A stretch of 64,000 bases of DNA. Origin: Candidatus Nanopelagicales bacterium (lineage in GTDB: Bacteria; Actinomycetota; Actinomycetes; S36-B12). Below the pieces are notes generated by a model that had not been told where the DNA came from, made no database searches, and saw only the letters and a program-made list of their open reading frames with translations. Shown here one piece after another: positions 1 to 11,608 of this stretch (position 1 is the stretch's first letter; each line of letters starts with the position of its first letter). The DNA is taken from assembly GCA_017857175.1 (NCBI GenBank), contig JAFMDS010000001.1:55088-119087 (forward strand), in the 5' to 3' direction. Position numbers and translations under genes: made by a program.

Positions 1-467
1 TTCCCCAGAGCATTCTTCATATTGCCAGAGATCCTCTCGATCCCCATTTCTCATTTAATCCCTTTGCTCAGAAGCTCCATCGAAAGAAAACGGAGATAAA
101 GAGGGCGCTCTTGGATCAATCACTCATTTCAGGCGTGGGAAATATTTATGCGGATGAAGCATTGTGGCGATCCAGAGTGCATGGCAATTTTAAGGCCGAC
201 CAACTGTCTGACGTAGTGGTTGAGCAACTTGTGCATAATGTTAAGGAAGTTATGCATGAGGCCCTTGAGCAAGGTGGCACGAGTTTCGATTCCTTGTATG
301 TCAATGTCAACGGCGAGTCCGGCTATTTTTCGCGCAATCTCAACGTTTATGGGCGTGAGTCTGAACCATGTGACCGATGTGGATTTCCCATTGAGAGGCT
401 TAAATTCATGAATCGGTCAAGCTTTTATTGCCCTTTGTGTCAATCCCTTGAGCAGGGCATTGCATGA
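1..467 (+). CDS. mutM: formamidopyrimidine-DNA glycosylase (Fpg/MutM), C-terminal part; the 5' end lies outside the window
   Basis: The frame is open from nt 3 ([16 protein letters not shown]...). H2TH motif [12 protein letters not shown] and C-terminal zinc finger [25 protein letters not shown]. Confidence 0.9.
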   Translation, partial: PQSILHIARDPLDPHFSFNPFAQKLHRKKTEIKRALLDQSLISGVGNIYADEALWRSRVHGNFKADQLSDVVVEQLVHNVKEVMHEALEQGGTSFDSLYVNVNGESGYFSRNLNVYGRESEPCDRCGFPIERLKFMNRSSFYCPLCQSLEQGIA

Positions 468-682
468 TTCATTCAGCACCAACTGCGCACTCAGTTTGAT
501 CTTGTCGCGCACTGGTCGTGGGCTCACAAGAATGTGATCAGGAACCGCTAGGCTAATGCCTGCTCGAGGAGGTATTTCAAGTAAGTCGCAACCTGGGCAG
601 CGAACGCCAAGATCACATATCAAGATCGCAAATTAGAATCGCGAATTAGGTTCAACGAGGCAGATGGGATGTATGAGTAGCC

Positions 683-3600
683 GTGCATTTGAAGACACTC
701 ACCCTTAAGGGGTTCAAGTCATTTGCTTCGGCGACCACGCTGCATTTTGAGCCAGGAGTAACTTGCGTAGTCGGCCCGAATGGCTCCGGTAAGTCAAATG
801 TTGTTGATGCACTCGTGTGGGTTATGGGTGAACAAGGCGCAAAATCTCTCCGTGGTGGAAAAATGGAGGACGTCATATTCTCTGGCACCACAGGTCGGGC
901 TCCCTTGGGCCGAGCAGAAGTTTCCCTGACAATCGATAACTCCGACGGCGCGCTCCCTATTGAATTTTCTGAAGTCACAATCTCGAGAACCCTGTTTCGC
1001 AATGGTGGTTCTGAGTACGCCATCAACGGTGAAGCATGTCGCCTGCTCGATGTCCAGGAGTTGCTCAGCGACTCGGGAATTGGGCGGGAGATGCATGTCA
1101 TCGTCGGTCAAGGCCAGTTGGACACAGTCTTACGCGCAACACCCGAGGATCGCCGCGGCATCATCGAAGAAGCCGCAGGAGTTCTTAAGCATCGCAAACG
1201 CAAAGAGAAAGCATTGCGCAAGCTTGATTCCATGGAGGGCAATCTAACCCGACTCAATGACCTCACCGCAGAACTGCGCCGCCAGCTCAAGCCGTTGGGA
1301 AGGCAAGCCGAAGTAGCGCGGCGAGCGACTGTGATCCAAAGCGATGTTCGTGACTCACGCTTGCGTTTGATGGCCGATGACCTGGGCCAATTGCGTTTAG
1401 CTCTCGCCGCTGAGGTGGCTGATGAAAGCGCCCTTCGGGAACGGCAAGCCGAGGTAGAGGGCAAGATCGCGGGTCTTCGGGAGCGAGAAGCCACGGCAGA
1501 ATTCGCTGAAGTTGAGCTAGCTCCTGAGCTTGTTCGGACCCAAGAAACCTGGTTTGCGTTGAGTGGATTGCGAGAGCGCTACTTAGGGCTAGTGCAATTA
1601 GGTTCGGAGAAGGTTAGAAATCTTGCGCCCGAGCCCGAAGAGGAACAACTTGGACGAGATCCGGAGACAATCGATGCGGAAGCCCGCTCCCTTCGATCGA
1701 CTGAATTCGAACTTGGTCGGGAAGTCGAATCTCTCAGTGAATCGCTGAGTCATGCGGGAACCTCTCGTGAAGCATCTGAAACAGCTCTGCAGACCGAGGT
1801 CAACCGAATTCTGAGGATTGAACAGGAATTAACGGAGCGAGGAAATTCGATTACTCGTCTCAAGGCTCAATGTGAAAACGTTCAATCCAGAATTGACACT
1901 CGTGGCGCTGAAATCGAGCGCCTGACTCAGCAAATCAATGATGCCCGCGAGCGTAGCCGTAAAGCACAGGCGGATTTCCAAGCTATTGAGGCTCAGGTCG
2001 TTTCGCTCGGAGACGGTGAACAGGGCCTTGACGTTGAACATGATCGCGCCCTCAAATCTCTGGCTACCGCTGATTCGAGGGTGCGTGAACTCGTAGCAGA
2101 ACAGGCCACTTTGGAACGCGAGAAAGCGTCGTTGACTGCAAGAGTTGACGCATTGGCCATGGGCCTAGAGCGAAAAGATGGATCCGCTGCTTTGGCTGAT
2201 GCTCCCGGTGTGATGGGGACCATAACTTCCCACCTGCACATTGAACACGGATGTGAAGTTGCAGTCGGAACTGCACTAGGTGAACTTGCTGGCGCAGTCG
2301 TGGTGGCAGATATTGATGCGGCGATGAATTCATTGATCTTCCTGAAAACCGAAGATGCAGGTCGCTCCAGCATTGTGGTAGCAACAGGGAATTCGCAATC
2401 AACGCAGAACCTCGAACCTGCTCCGGTTGGACGGTGGTTGACGGAATGCGTTCGGGCCGATGAACTGATCGGGAATGCTATTCACTCGTTACTTCGCGAC
2501 ACAATTCTGGTTGACAATGTTGGTGAGTTGCGCGCTGCTGTCGAACTAGCACCGACAATGACCGTTGTGACCCGCGATGGAGACATCCTGCGTTCGGGTG
2601 TGGCGACGGGTGGATCTCCTGCCGGACCCGGTCTGATCGAAGTTCAGGTCGCTTTCGATGAAGCGCAAGATGCGCTTGTCCGTATTGAGAGTGCACTGCA
2701 ACGTAACGCTTTTGAAGTGTCTACTGCCAAATCAACGCAGGAGAGGGCTGCTCAAGAGGTTGAAACTGCGCTGAGCCGCCTCCATGAGTCCGATGCACAA
2801 TTGGCAGCTGTGGCCGAGAAGTTGGGTCAGTTGGGTCAACAGTCGCGAAGTGCTGCGGCTGAGGCAGACCGATTGGATGCTGCTCGGCTCTCCGCTCAAG
2901 AAGCTCTGGCTCGCGATACCCAATCACTTGTTGATTACGTGGAACAGTTGACCAGTGCTGAGAATGAATCTGCCCCTGACATTGGTCAGGATAATCGTGA
3001 GGAACTAACTGAGAATCTGGCGCGAGCGCGTGCCGCCGAGGTCGAAGCGCGCTTAGCGGTTCGCACGGCCGAGGAACGAGTCAGGGCCGTGGGGGAGCGG
3101 GCTGCAGGACTCGAGCGCGATGCCGAAAATGAACGAGTTGCTAGAGCGGCAGCAATCGAACGACGGGAACGCAGAGCCCAAGCTCTTGTGGTTGCACAAG
3201 CCGTGTTGGCTGGCGCCCGCATTGCCCTCGCATACACCGAAGTATCGGTGAATCATGCCCAAAGAATGCGCACGCGAGCTGAGTCACTGAAGAAAGAACG
3301 CGACTCAGAGTTGGCCTTTGTGCGTACTGAGGTTCGTGGGCTCGTTGAAATCCTCGAAGGCTTGAAAGACAGTGTTCACCGCGACGAGGTGGCTCGGACA
3401 GAGCAGCGCATGCGCATTGAAACTCTTGAGATTAAAGCCTTTGAAGATTTTGGAATTGAACCTGAAGTTTTGGTGACCGAGTACGGACCCGACCAACTCG
3501 TGCCACCGAGTTTGATAGCACCAGGCGATGAAATCGATCCTGATGCTCCAGAACCTGAGCCTTACCCATTTGTGCGCGATGAGCAGGAAAAGCGACTCAA

Positions 3601-4240
3601 GTCCGCTGAAAAGCAGCTAGCGCTCTTGGGCAAAGTGAACCCACTGGCGCTTGAAGAGTATTCAGCGATGGAAGAGCGGCAGCGTTTCTTGACTGAGCAG
3701 CTAGATGACCTTCGACGTACCAGAGATGATCTCCTTGACATCGTCAAGGAAGTTGATTCTAGGGTGGAACAGGTATTCACAGAGGCTTATGCCGAAATCC
3801 AAAAGGAATTTGAGGGAGTCTTCTCTCGACTATTCCCTGGTGGGGAGGGACGACTAGTCCTGACAGATCCGGACAACATGTTGACCACTGGCGTTGACGT
3901 TGAGGCGCGGCCTCCGGGCAAAAAAGTAAAACGCCTTTCGCTGCTCTCGGGCGGGGAACGCTCACTGACGGCAGTTGCATTCCTCGTTGCTCTGTTTAAG
4001 GCGAGGCCTTCGCCGTTCTACGTCCTCGACGAAGTTGAAGCAGCCTTGGACGATGTCAACCTTGGCAGGCTCATTGACATCATTGAAGAGTTGCGCTCCA
4101 CTTCGCAATTGATCGTGATTACTCACCAAAAGCGCACCATGGAGATCGCTGATGCTCTCTACGGTGTTTCTATGCGCGGTGATGGAGTCACACAGGTAAT
4201 CGGTCAGCGATTGCGTGAATCAGAGGCCGTTGGGGTTTAG
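683..4240 (+). CDS. smc: chromosome partition protein SMC
   Basis: 1185 aa. N-terminal Walker A GPNGSGKSN, long Ala/Glu/Arg-rich coiled coils, hinge, C-terminal signature LSGGERSL and Walker B FYVLDEVEAALD. Confidence 0.97.
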   Translation: MHLKTLTLKGFKSFASATTLHFEPGVTCVVGPNGSGKSNVVDALVWVMGEQGAKSLRGGKMEDVIFSGTTGRAPLGRAEVSLTIDNSDGALPIEFSEVTISRTLFRNGGSEYAINGEACRLLDVQELLSDSGIGREMHVIVGQGQLDTVLRATPEDRRGIIEEAAGVLKHRKRKEKALRKLDSMEGNLTRLNDLTAELRRQLKPLGRQAEVARRATVIQSDVRDSRLRLMADDLGQLRLALAAEVADESALRERQAEVEGKIAGLREREATAEFAEVELAPELVRTQETWFALSGLRERYLGLVQLGSEKVRNLAPEPEEEQLGRDPETIDAEARSLRSTEFELGREVESLSESLSHAGTSREASETALQTEVNRILRIEQELTERGNSITRLKAQCENVQSRIDTRGAEIERLTQQINDARERSRKAQADFQAIEAQVVSLGDGEQGLDVEHDRALKSLATADSRVRELVAEQATLEREKASLTARVDALAMGLERKDGSAALADAPGVMGTITSHLHIEHGCEVAVGTALGELAGAVVVADIDAAMNSLIFLKTEDAGRSSIVVATGNSQSTQNLEPAPVGRWLTECVRADELIGNAIHSLLRDTILVDNVGELRAAVELAPTMTVVTRDGDILRSGVATGGSPAGPGLIEVQVAFDEAQDALVRIESALQRNAFEVSTAKSTQERAAQEVETALSRLHESDAQLAAVAEKLGQLGQQSRSAAAEADRLDAARLSAQEALARDTQSLVDYVEQLTSAENESAPDIGQDNREELTENLARARAAEVEARLAVRTAEERVRAVGERAAGLERDAENERVARAAAIERRERRAQALVVAQAVLAGARIALAYTEVSVNHAQRMRTRAESLKKERDSELAFVRTEVRGLVEILEGLKDSVHRDEVARTEQRMRIETLEIKAFEDFGIEPEVLVTEYGPDQLVPPSLIAPGDEIDPDAPEPEPYPFVRDEQEKRLKSAEKQLALLGKVNPLALEEYSAMEERQRFLTEQLDDLRRTRDDLLDIVKEVDSRVEQVFTEAYAEIQKEFEGVFSRLFPGGEGRLVLTDPDNMLTTGVDVEARPPGKKVKRLSLLSGGERSLTAVAFLVALFKARPSPFYVLDEVEAALDDVNLGRLIDIIEELRSTSQLIVITHQKRTMEIADALYGVSMRGDGVTQVIGQRLRESEAVGV

Positions 4241-4381
4241 GGCAGCAGCAGGATTTTCCAAGCCGAGATAGTTCATAGCCCCGACACAGGTCGAAAGATC
4301 GGAATATTGGAAATCTGGGCGAGGGCAATTGCGTCCATTTGGCTGCAGGTGGCCAGTCTCTGAAAATGATCTCTACCCCCA

Positions 4382-5629
4382 GTGGCAGGATTCGATGCCA
4401 TGGACACATTAACCATTGGCATTTTGGTTGCCGCTCTTATTCTTATCGGCCTGCTCGTGGTTGGACTCCTTGTATTCAACAGGTCTCGTCATAATTCGAC
4501 GAATCTGATCACACCTGCCCCAAGAACTGGGCTGGATTACATCCCAGGAGTGGGTGACGATGCCACTGAGCCCAGAGATACCCCGCGAAAGGCCGTTGAA
4601 TCGATCACCGTTGATTTAGGTGGAACTCCGATCCAAGCATCCGATGCCCTATCAGGTGATCTCGCTGATCTCGGTGCATCCGACCAAGCTATATGGGAAA
4701 TTGAAGTCCCCGAATCCAGCGTTGGCCGCTTGGGAAGACTGCGCGCACGATTAGCCCGTTCTAATAATGTGTTTGGCAAGGGGCTACTTTCTATTCTGTC
4801 CGGAGGATCTCTCGACGATCAGGCCTGGGATGACGTGGAGGCAACGCTGCTCAGCGCGGACTTGGGTGTTGCTGCATCAAGTGAGCTCATCGGGAATCTG
4901 AAAATGCGCATTGCAGCGAGTAATGATTCGAGCCCCGAAGCAATGAAAGCCGCGCTGACGCAGGAGTTGACGGCGCTGATTGATCCTTCAATGGATCGGT
5001 CCCTGGCCCATAACAAGGGGGATCGACCTGTCGTCATCATGGTCGTTGGGGTCAACGGTACGGGGAAAACCACGACGGTGGGAAAACTTTCCCGAGTCTT
5101 GGTCTCCGAAAATAAAACGGTCGTTATGGCAGCTGCGGACACTTTCCGCGCGGCAGCAGCCGACCAACTGCAAACCTGGGGTGACAAGGTTGGTGCGGCT
5201 GTTGTTCGCGGGCCAGCAGGTGGTGACCCGGCATCCGTGGCTTTTGAAGCCGTTCAGATCGGTCAAGACAGTGACGTAGACGTGGTGGTGGTGGATACAG
5301 CCGGACGCCTTCACACCAAGACGGGTCTCATGGATGAACTTGGCAAGGTTAAGCGTGTAATTGAAAAACAAAGCCCGGTCGATGAAGTTCTCCTCGTGCT
5401 GGATGCAACCACCGGACAAAATGGTCTTACCCAGGCCAAAGTGTTCAGCGAAGTTGTCGATGTCACTGGCATCGTGCTAACAAAATTGGACGGTACTGCG
5501 AAGGGCGGAATTGTTATCGCAGTTCAACGTGAACTGGGTGTGCCTGTGAAGCTCGTTGGTCTCGGCGAGGGCCCTGATGATTTGGCACCATTTGAGGTCA
5601 ATGAATTTGTCGCAGCGCTTCTGGCTTAA
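4382..5629 (+). CDS. ftsY: signal recognition particle receptor FtsY with N-terminal membrane anchor
   Basis: SRP54-type GTPase motifs GVNGTGKTTT, DTAGRLH, TKLDGTAKGG. N-terminal hydrophobic helix ILVAALILIGLLVVGLLVF. The start could be the ATG at 4400. Confidence 0.93.
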   Translation: MAGFDAMDTLTIGILVAALILIGLLVVGLLVFNRSRHNSTNLITPAPRTGLDYIPGVGDDATEPRDTPRKAVESITVDLGGTPIQASDALSGDLADLGASDQAIWEIEVPESSVGRLGRLRARLARSNNVFGKGLLSILSGGSLDDQAWDDVEATLLSADLGVAASSELIGNLKMRIAASNDSSPEAMKAALTQELTALIDPSMDRSLAHNKGDRPVVIMVVGVNGTGKTTTVGKLSRVLVSENKTVVMAAADTFRAAAADQLQTWGDKVGAAVVRGPAGGDPASVAFEAVQIGQDSDVDVVVVDTAGRLHTKTGLMDELGKVKRVIEKQSPVDEVLLVLDATTGQNGLTQAKVFSEVVDVTGIVLTKLDGTAKGGIVIAVQRELGVPVKLVGLGEGPDDLAPFEVNEFVAALLA

Positions 5630-5640
5630 TCCAACGGGCA

Positions 5641-5729
5641 TCAGAGTTCACATGTCAGAGTTAACATGAATGACACAGAACGGGCATTTTCTTCACATTC
5701 CTGAAACTCAGAGTGACCGTACTTGAAAC
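5641..5729. promoter_or_regulatory. candidate GlnR-type operator array upstream of amtB-glnK-glnD
   Basis: Tandem 14-nt repeat tcagagttcacatg/tcagagttaacatg (5641-5668). Then TTCAC-n6-GAAAC-n5-GTGAC-n7-GAAAC (5692-5729), ending 73 nt before the amtB ATG. This resembles the actinobacterial GlnR box (gTnAc-n6-GaAAc). Confidence 0.5.
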
Positions 5730-5801
5730 GCTCATACGCGATTCTTGCGCCACGACCTCCTCCCGCCGTGGGATGAGGAGTGGATGGCAAGGAGGAAGCG
5801 C

Positions 5802-7438
<1,637 letters not shown>

Positions 7439-7447
7439 GGGTGAACC

Positions 7448-9769
7448 ATTAGTAAGCAACTAGATGAGCTACGGCTCGATGCGTCTCGGCGCTCAGACCT
7501 CACATGGTCTGAGCGCCGTAGGCGTTTTGCCATATCGATTGATGAGTGGCTCGTTGAACTATTTGAGTCGGCGATAGCGGGGGCTCTGGCTGATTCGAGT
7601 GAATTTTGTTTAGTGGCTGTAGGGAGCTACGCACGTGGGGAGTTGAGTTTCCACAGTGACTTGGACCTCGTGCTCGTGCATTCCGGCTCAGAAACGGTGG
7701 CCAAGGACGTGGCCCAATTGCTGTGGTACCCATTGTGGGATTCAGGCATAGGCCTTGACCACAGTGTGCGAACGATTAAACAAGCGCAGGAGGTGGCAAA
7801 GGCCGATGCAAAGGCCTTAACCGGCTTATTAGATGCCCGCTCGATTGCGGGCAACGATGAACTGTGCGCCGAACTTCGAGCAGCAGTTCACTCTGAGTGG
7901 AGAGCATCGGCAAAGAAGCTGGTTCCAGAGTTGCGCAACCTGGTTACTGAAAGGCGAAACAATTTGGGGGAGATCTATCAACTGATTGAGCCCGATGTGA
8001 AAGAAGCTTATGGAGGCTTGCGCGAGGCGGGTATCATCAAAGCCCTCAGGGCAACGCAATTGGTGGATGTCCCTCATGGTGCGTGGGAAAGCGATTTGGC
8101 TTTCCTTCTCGATGTCCGTTGCGCACTGCACACACTCGGTACAAAGGACAAACTGCGACTCCAAGACCAGCAGGCCGTTGCAGAGCTCATGGGTATTCCA
8201 ACAGCACAGGATCTATTGCGAGAGGTGTATCTGGCGGGAAGGTCTTTGGCCTATGTCAGCGACGTTGCGTGGAATCGAGCGACGCAAGTATTTTTGTCCA
8301 AGCCTCAGGAGTCGTTGGTTGGACGTTTAAGGAGTCGCGGTCAGCGCGGATCGGATCGCACACCTTTGGCTCAAGGTGTTGTTGCTGCTGGTGACGAAGT
8401 CGCACTCGCTCGCGATACCAGTCTGAAGGATGATCCGGGGCTAATTTTCAGAGTGGCCGCAGCAGCAGCTGAGAATGGATACTCCATTTCACCTGCTCTC
8501 TTGGAGTTATATGCAAAGAGTGAAATAGATATTCCAGTCCCCTGGACACGGGAGATCAGAGAGTCCTTTGTGGCCCTTTTAGGTTCAGAACTCTCCATGC
8601 TGCAGACCTGGGAAGCATTAGAAAACTACAACATTATTTCTCGATGGATCCCAAAGTGGGAATTCGTACGATCGCTACCGCAATTCAATCCCTTGCACGA
8701 ATTTACGGTTGACCGACACCTCGTGGAATGTTGCATGCGTGGCCAAGACTTGGTTCGAAGCGTTGACCGTCCTGACTTGCTACTCATGGCCTGCTTGTTC
8801 CATGACATTGGCAAAGGTCGCGGTGGTGATCACAGTCTGATTGGTGCTGAGCTCACCCGAGAAATCGCTCCAAATCTGGGATTTGACGCCGATGACACTT
8901 CAACACTCGCCACATTGGTGGAGCATCACTTGCTATTGGCGGATATTGCCACCAAGCGTGATCTGGATGATTCCGTTGTCATTGAACAGTTGTGCCAAGC
9001 GGTGGGTTCGCTCAGGAATCTGGAGCTACTGCACGCATTGACCATTGCGGACTCCCGAGCCACTGGAGCATCATTGCGTTCAAAGTGGCGCGAAAATTTG
9101 ATGGGTGATGCACTGCGTCGGGGCCGGGCCTACTTTGGAAAGGTCCCCAAAGTCATCGACCCGTTGGATAGTTCGTGGATGACGTCTGGTTTGTCACCGG
9201 AAGAGATTCATCTATCAATAAATTCAGAAAGTGATGGCTTTGCCATTCACTTCACCGCACCCGATCAAAAGGGACTTCTTGCGAGTTTCGCTGGTGTCCT
9301 AGCCCTTAATCGACTGCAGGTCAGGGCAGCGCGTGTTGAAAATATCGGTCCGAGGGCCGTGCAAACTTGGTATGTCCGGCCGCTTTTTGGTGAGCCTCCC
9401 ACTCAGGCGAAGCTCATGACTGACGTGCAGCGAGTGCTCAATGGCACATTCGATGTTTCCGAGCAGTTGGCGAGGAGTCAAAGATCGGACACGCGGCGTG
9501 GCCCGCGGATCGCCCCAGAGGTTGAGATCTATGAGGTCTCGGAAACTCAAACTGTTTTAGAGGTTCGAGCCCACGATCGCAAGGGCCTGCTCTTCGATAT
9601 CACGGCGGTGATAGCGGATCGTGGTCTCATGATTACGGGCTCAAAAATCTCGACACTTGGTGTCGATGCAGTGGACGTATTTTTCCTCCGAGACGGTTCG
9701 GGTAGAGCGCCATCTGAGGAGGCACAGCGTGAGTTAGTTCATGAGTTGCGCCTGCGACTCACTGCCTAG
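7448..9769 (+). CDS. glnD: [protein-PII] uridylyl/adenylyl-transferase GlnD. The 5' end is uncertain: the first canonical start is GTG 7613, but the homologous frame is open from 7445.
   Basis: Nucleotidyltransferase motif GSYARGELSFHSDLDL, HD domain LFHDIGKG, two C-terminal ACT-like repeats. The N-terminal helical region (ISKQLDELRLDASRR...IDEWLVELFESA) is encoded upstream of 7613. Confidence 0.85.
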   Translation: MSKQLDELRLDASRRSDLTWSERRRRFAISIDEWLVELFESAIAGALADSSEFCLVAVGSYARGELSFHSDLDLVLVHSGSETVAKDVAQLLWYPLWDSGIGLDHSVRTIKQAQEVAKADAKALTGLLDARSIAGNDELCAELRAAVHSEWRASAKKLVPELRNLVTERRNNLGEIYQLIEPDVKEAYGGLREAGIIKALRATQLVDVPHGAWESDLAFLLDVRCALHTLGTKDKLRLQDQQAVAELMGIPTAQDLLREVYLAGRSLAYVSDVAWNRATQVFLSKPQESLVGRLRSRGQRGSDRTPLAQGVVAAGDEVALARDTSLKDDPGLIFRVAAAAAENGYSISPALLELYAKSEIDIPVPWTREIRESFVALLGSELSMLQTWEALENYNIISRWIPKWEFVRSLPQFNPLHEFTVDRHLVECCMRGQDLVRSVDRPDLLLMACLFHDIGKGRGGDHSLIGAELTREIAPNLGFDADDTSTLATLVEHHLLLADIATKRDLDDSVVIEQLCQAVGSLRNLELLHALTIADSRATGASLRSKWRENLMGDALRRGRAYFGKVPKVIDPLDSSWMTSGLSPEEIHLSINSESDGFAIHFTAPDQKGLLASFAGVLALNRLQVRAARVENIGPRAVQTWYVRPLFGEPPTQAKLMTDVQRVLNGTFDVSEQLARSQRSDTRRGPRIAPEVEIYEVSETQTVLEVRAHDRKGLLFDITAVIADRGLMITGSKISTLGVDAVDVFFLRDGSGRAPSEEAQRELVHELRLRLTA

Positions 9770-9889
9770 GCCCACAGAGAAGTGAACCGAGCGCAGGGTT
9801 TGAGGCGTACATACCCATTATTGGTAGAGTCGTGCGAAATGCGATCATCGATCGCGTCATGATTGTGGCTTTGTTCAAGGAGAATAAAC

Positions 9890-11425
9890 GTGTTCGCTTC
9901 ATTGTCTGATCGCTTGGCAACCACCTTCAAGGGCTTGCGTGGCAAAGGGCGTCTGAGCGAATCCGACATCGATGCCACAGTTGCCGAAATTCGCACTGCG
10001 CTCCTCGAAGCTGACGTTGCGCTGCCCGTGGTGCGCACCTTTTGTGCGGATGTAAAAAAGCGAGCACTTTCAGCAGAGGTTTCAGGTGCGCTCAATCCAG
10101 CTCAGCAGATTGTCAAAATTGTTCACGAGGAACTGATCGCAATCTTGGGTGGGACAACGCGACCCCTAGTCTTTGCCAAATCTGGCCCAACGGTCATATT
10201 GTTAACGGGGCTTCAGGGTGCGGGAAAGACAACCCTCGCGGGCAAGTTGGCCAAGTACCTTGTTTCCCAGGGACACACGCCTGTTCTTGTAGCGGCAGAT
10301 CTTCAGCGCCCAAATGCTGTCGATCAACTCAAGGTTGTTGGTGAACAAGCAGGTGTTCCAACGTTTGCTCCAGAACCCGGTAATGGAGTTGGAGATCCTG
10401 TCGAAGTAGCTCGTGCAGGAAAGCAATTTGCCGTGGACAAGTTGCATGATGTTGTCATAGTTGACTCGGCAGGTCGTCTTGCGATTGATCAGGAACTCAT
10501 GGGGCAACTTTCGCGAGTGAGAGATGCAGTTGCGCCTGACAATGTTTTGTTCGTGGTTGATGCCATGATCGGACAAGATGCAGTCATCACTGCATCCGAG
10601 TTTGAAAAACAGGTGGGCTTTGACGGTGTTGTCCTAACCAAGCTTGACGGCGATGCTCGAGGCGGTGCCGCTCTATCCATTGTTTCGGTTGTGGAACGGC
10701 CCATCATGTTCGGTTCGACAGGTGAGAAGCTCGACGACTTCGAGGTATTCCATCCCGACCGCATGGCATCGCGCATCCTTGATATGGGTGACCTCATGTC
10801 TCTCATTGAGCAAGCCGAACGGGCATTCGACGCCGAGCAGACCGATCGATTCACCAAGAAGATGTCCCAAGGCGAGGACTTCACCCTGGATGATTTTCTT
10901 GAGCAGATGCAGGCTGTCAAGAAAATGGGTTCCATTGGCAAATTAATGGGAATGTTGCCAGGCATGGGGGACATGAAAGCGCAACTTGATCAAGTCGATG
11001 AACGTGAGCTCGATCGAGTCGCCGCAATAATTCAATCGATGACTCCGGCTGAGAGAGCAGAACCGAAAATTTTGAATGGCTCGCGACGGGCGAGGATCGC
11101 TGCGGGCTCGGGAACCAAGGTCAACGACGTCAACAATCTTGTCGAGCGATTTACCCAGGCTCAAAAAATGATGAGACAGATGGGTAAAGGTGGCATGCCG
11201 GGCATGGGTGGCATGCCGGGCATGCCAGGAATGGGCGGCATGGGCGGTGGAAAAAAGTCCAAGGGCAAGCAGCAGAAGTCGGTCAAACCGGCCAAGGGGC
11301 AAAAGGGGCGCAGCGGAAATCCGGCAAAGCGCGCGCTGGGTCAGGCTGGTGGTAGCACGGGAGAGCCAGGACAAGAGCCAGACCTTGGCAGTTTGCCACC
11401 TGAACTGCGCAAATTACTTCAGTAG
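9890..11425 (+). CDS. ffh: signal recognition particle protein Ffh
   Basis: GTG 9890 follows AAGGAG. VFASLSDRL N-terminus. G-domain motifs GLQGAGKTT, DSAGRL, TKLDGDARGG. Met-rich M domain GMPGMGGMPGMPGMGG plus a basic tail. Confidence 0.96.
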   Translation: MFASLSDRLATTFKGLRGKGRLSESDIDATVAEIRTALLEADVALPVVRTFCADVKKRALSAEVSGALNPAQQIVKIVHEELIAILGGTTRPLVFAKSGPTVILLTGLQGAGKTTLAGKLAKYLVSQGHTPVLVAADLQRPNAVDQLKVVGEQAGVPTFAPEPGNGVGDPVEVARAGKQFAVDKLHDVVIVDSAGRLAIDQELMGQLSRVRDAVAPDNVLFVVDAMIGQDAVITASEFEKQVGFDGVVLTKLDGDARGGAALSIVSVVERPIMFGSTGEKLDDFEVFHPDRMASRILDMGDLMSLIEQAERAFDAEQTDRFTKKMSQGEDFTLDDFLEQMQAVKKMGSIGKLMGMLPGMGDMKAQLDQVDERELDRVAAIIQSMTPAERAEPKILNGSRRARIAAGSGTKVNDVNNLVERFTQAQKMMRQMGKGGMPGMGGMPGMPGMGGMGGGKKSKGKQQKSVKPAKGQKGRSGNPAKRALGQAGGSTGEPGQEPDLGSLPPELRKLLQ

Positions 11426-11608
11426 GACATCTTGCCTTGCGGTCACCCCACGCACGGGTGAAATTCGAGTCGGGTAGCATTACGACGCTCTTGTGAGCAA
11501 CGAGGACCCTCTCAACCTGGTAGCCCACAACCCGCAAGAAATTTCAACAGGCGTGCCCCCACGTGTTTGTTGCATTTTCACCCATAAACACAAGGAGATA
11601 AGCCCACC

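Noticed and set aside
417-623. 68-aa minus-strand ORF in the mutM-smc spacer
   Set aside because: It has no RBS and no recognisable motifs, it overlaps the mutM 3' end, and its composition looks non-coding.
652-1494. Minus-strand ORFs of 149, 105 and 128 aa (652-1101, 794-1111, 1108-1494) overlapping the 5' part of smc
   Set aside because: They are antisense to a strongly supported smc reading frame, Arg/Ser/Pro-rich and low in complexity. Such shadow ORFs are typical of GC-biased genomes.
5745-5801. Upstream extension of amtB (ORF-track start at 5745)
   Set aside because: The extension (MRHDLLPPWDEEWMARRKR) is not Amt-like. A strong AAGGAGG precedes ATG 5802, which gives the usual Amt N-terminus.
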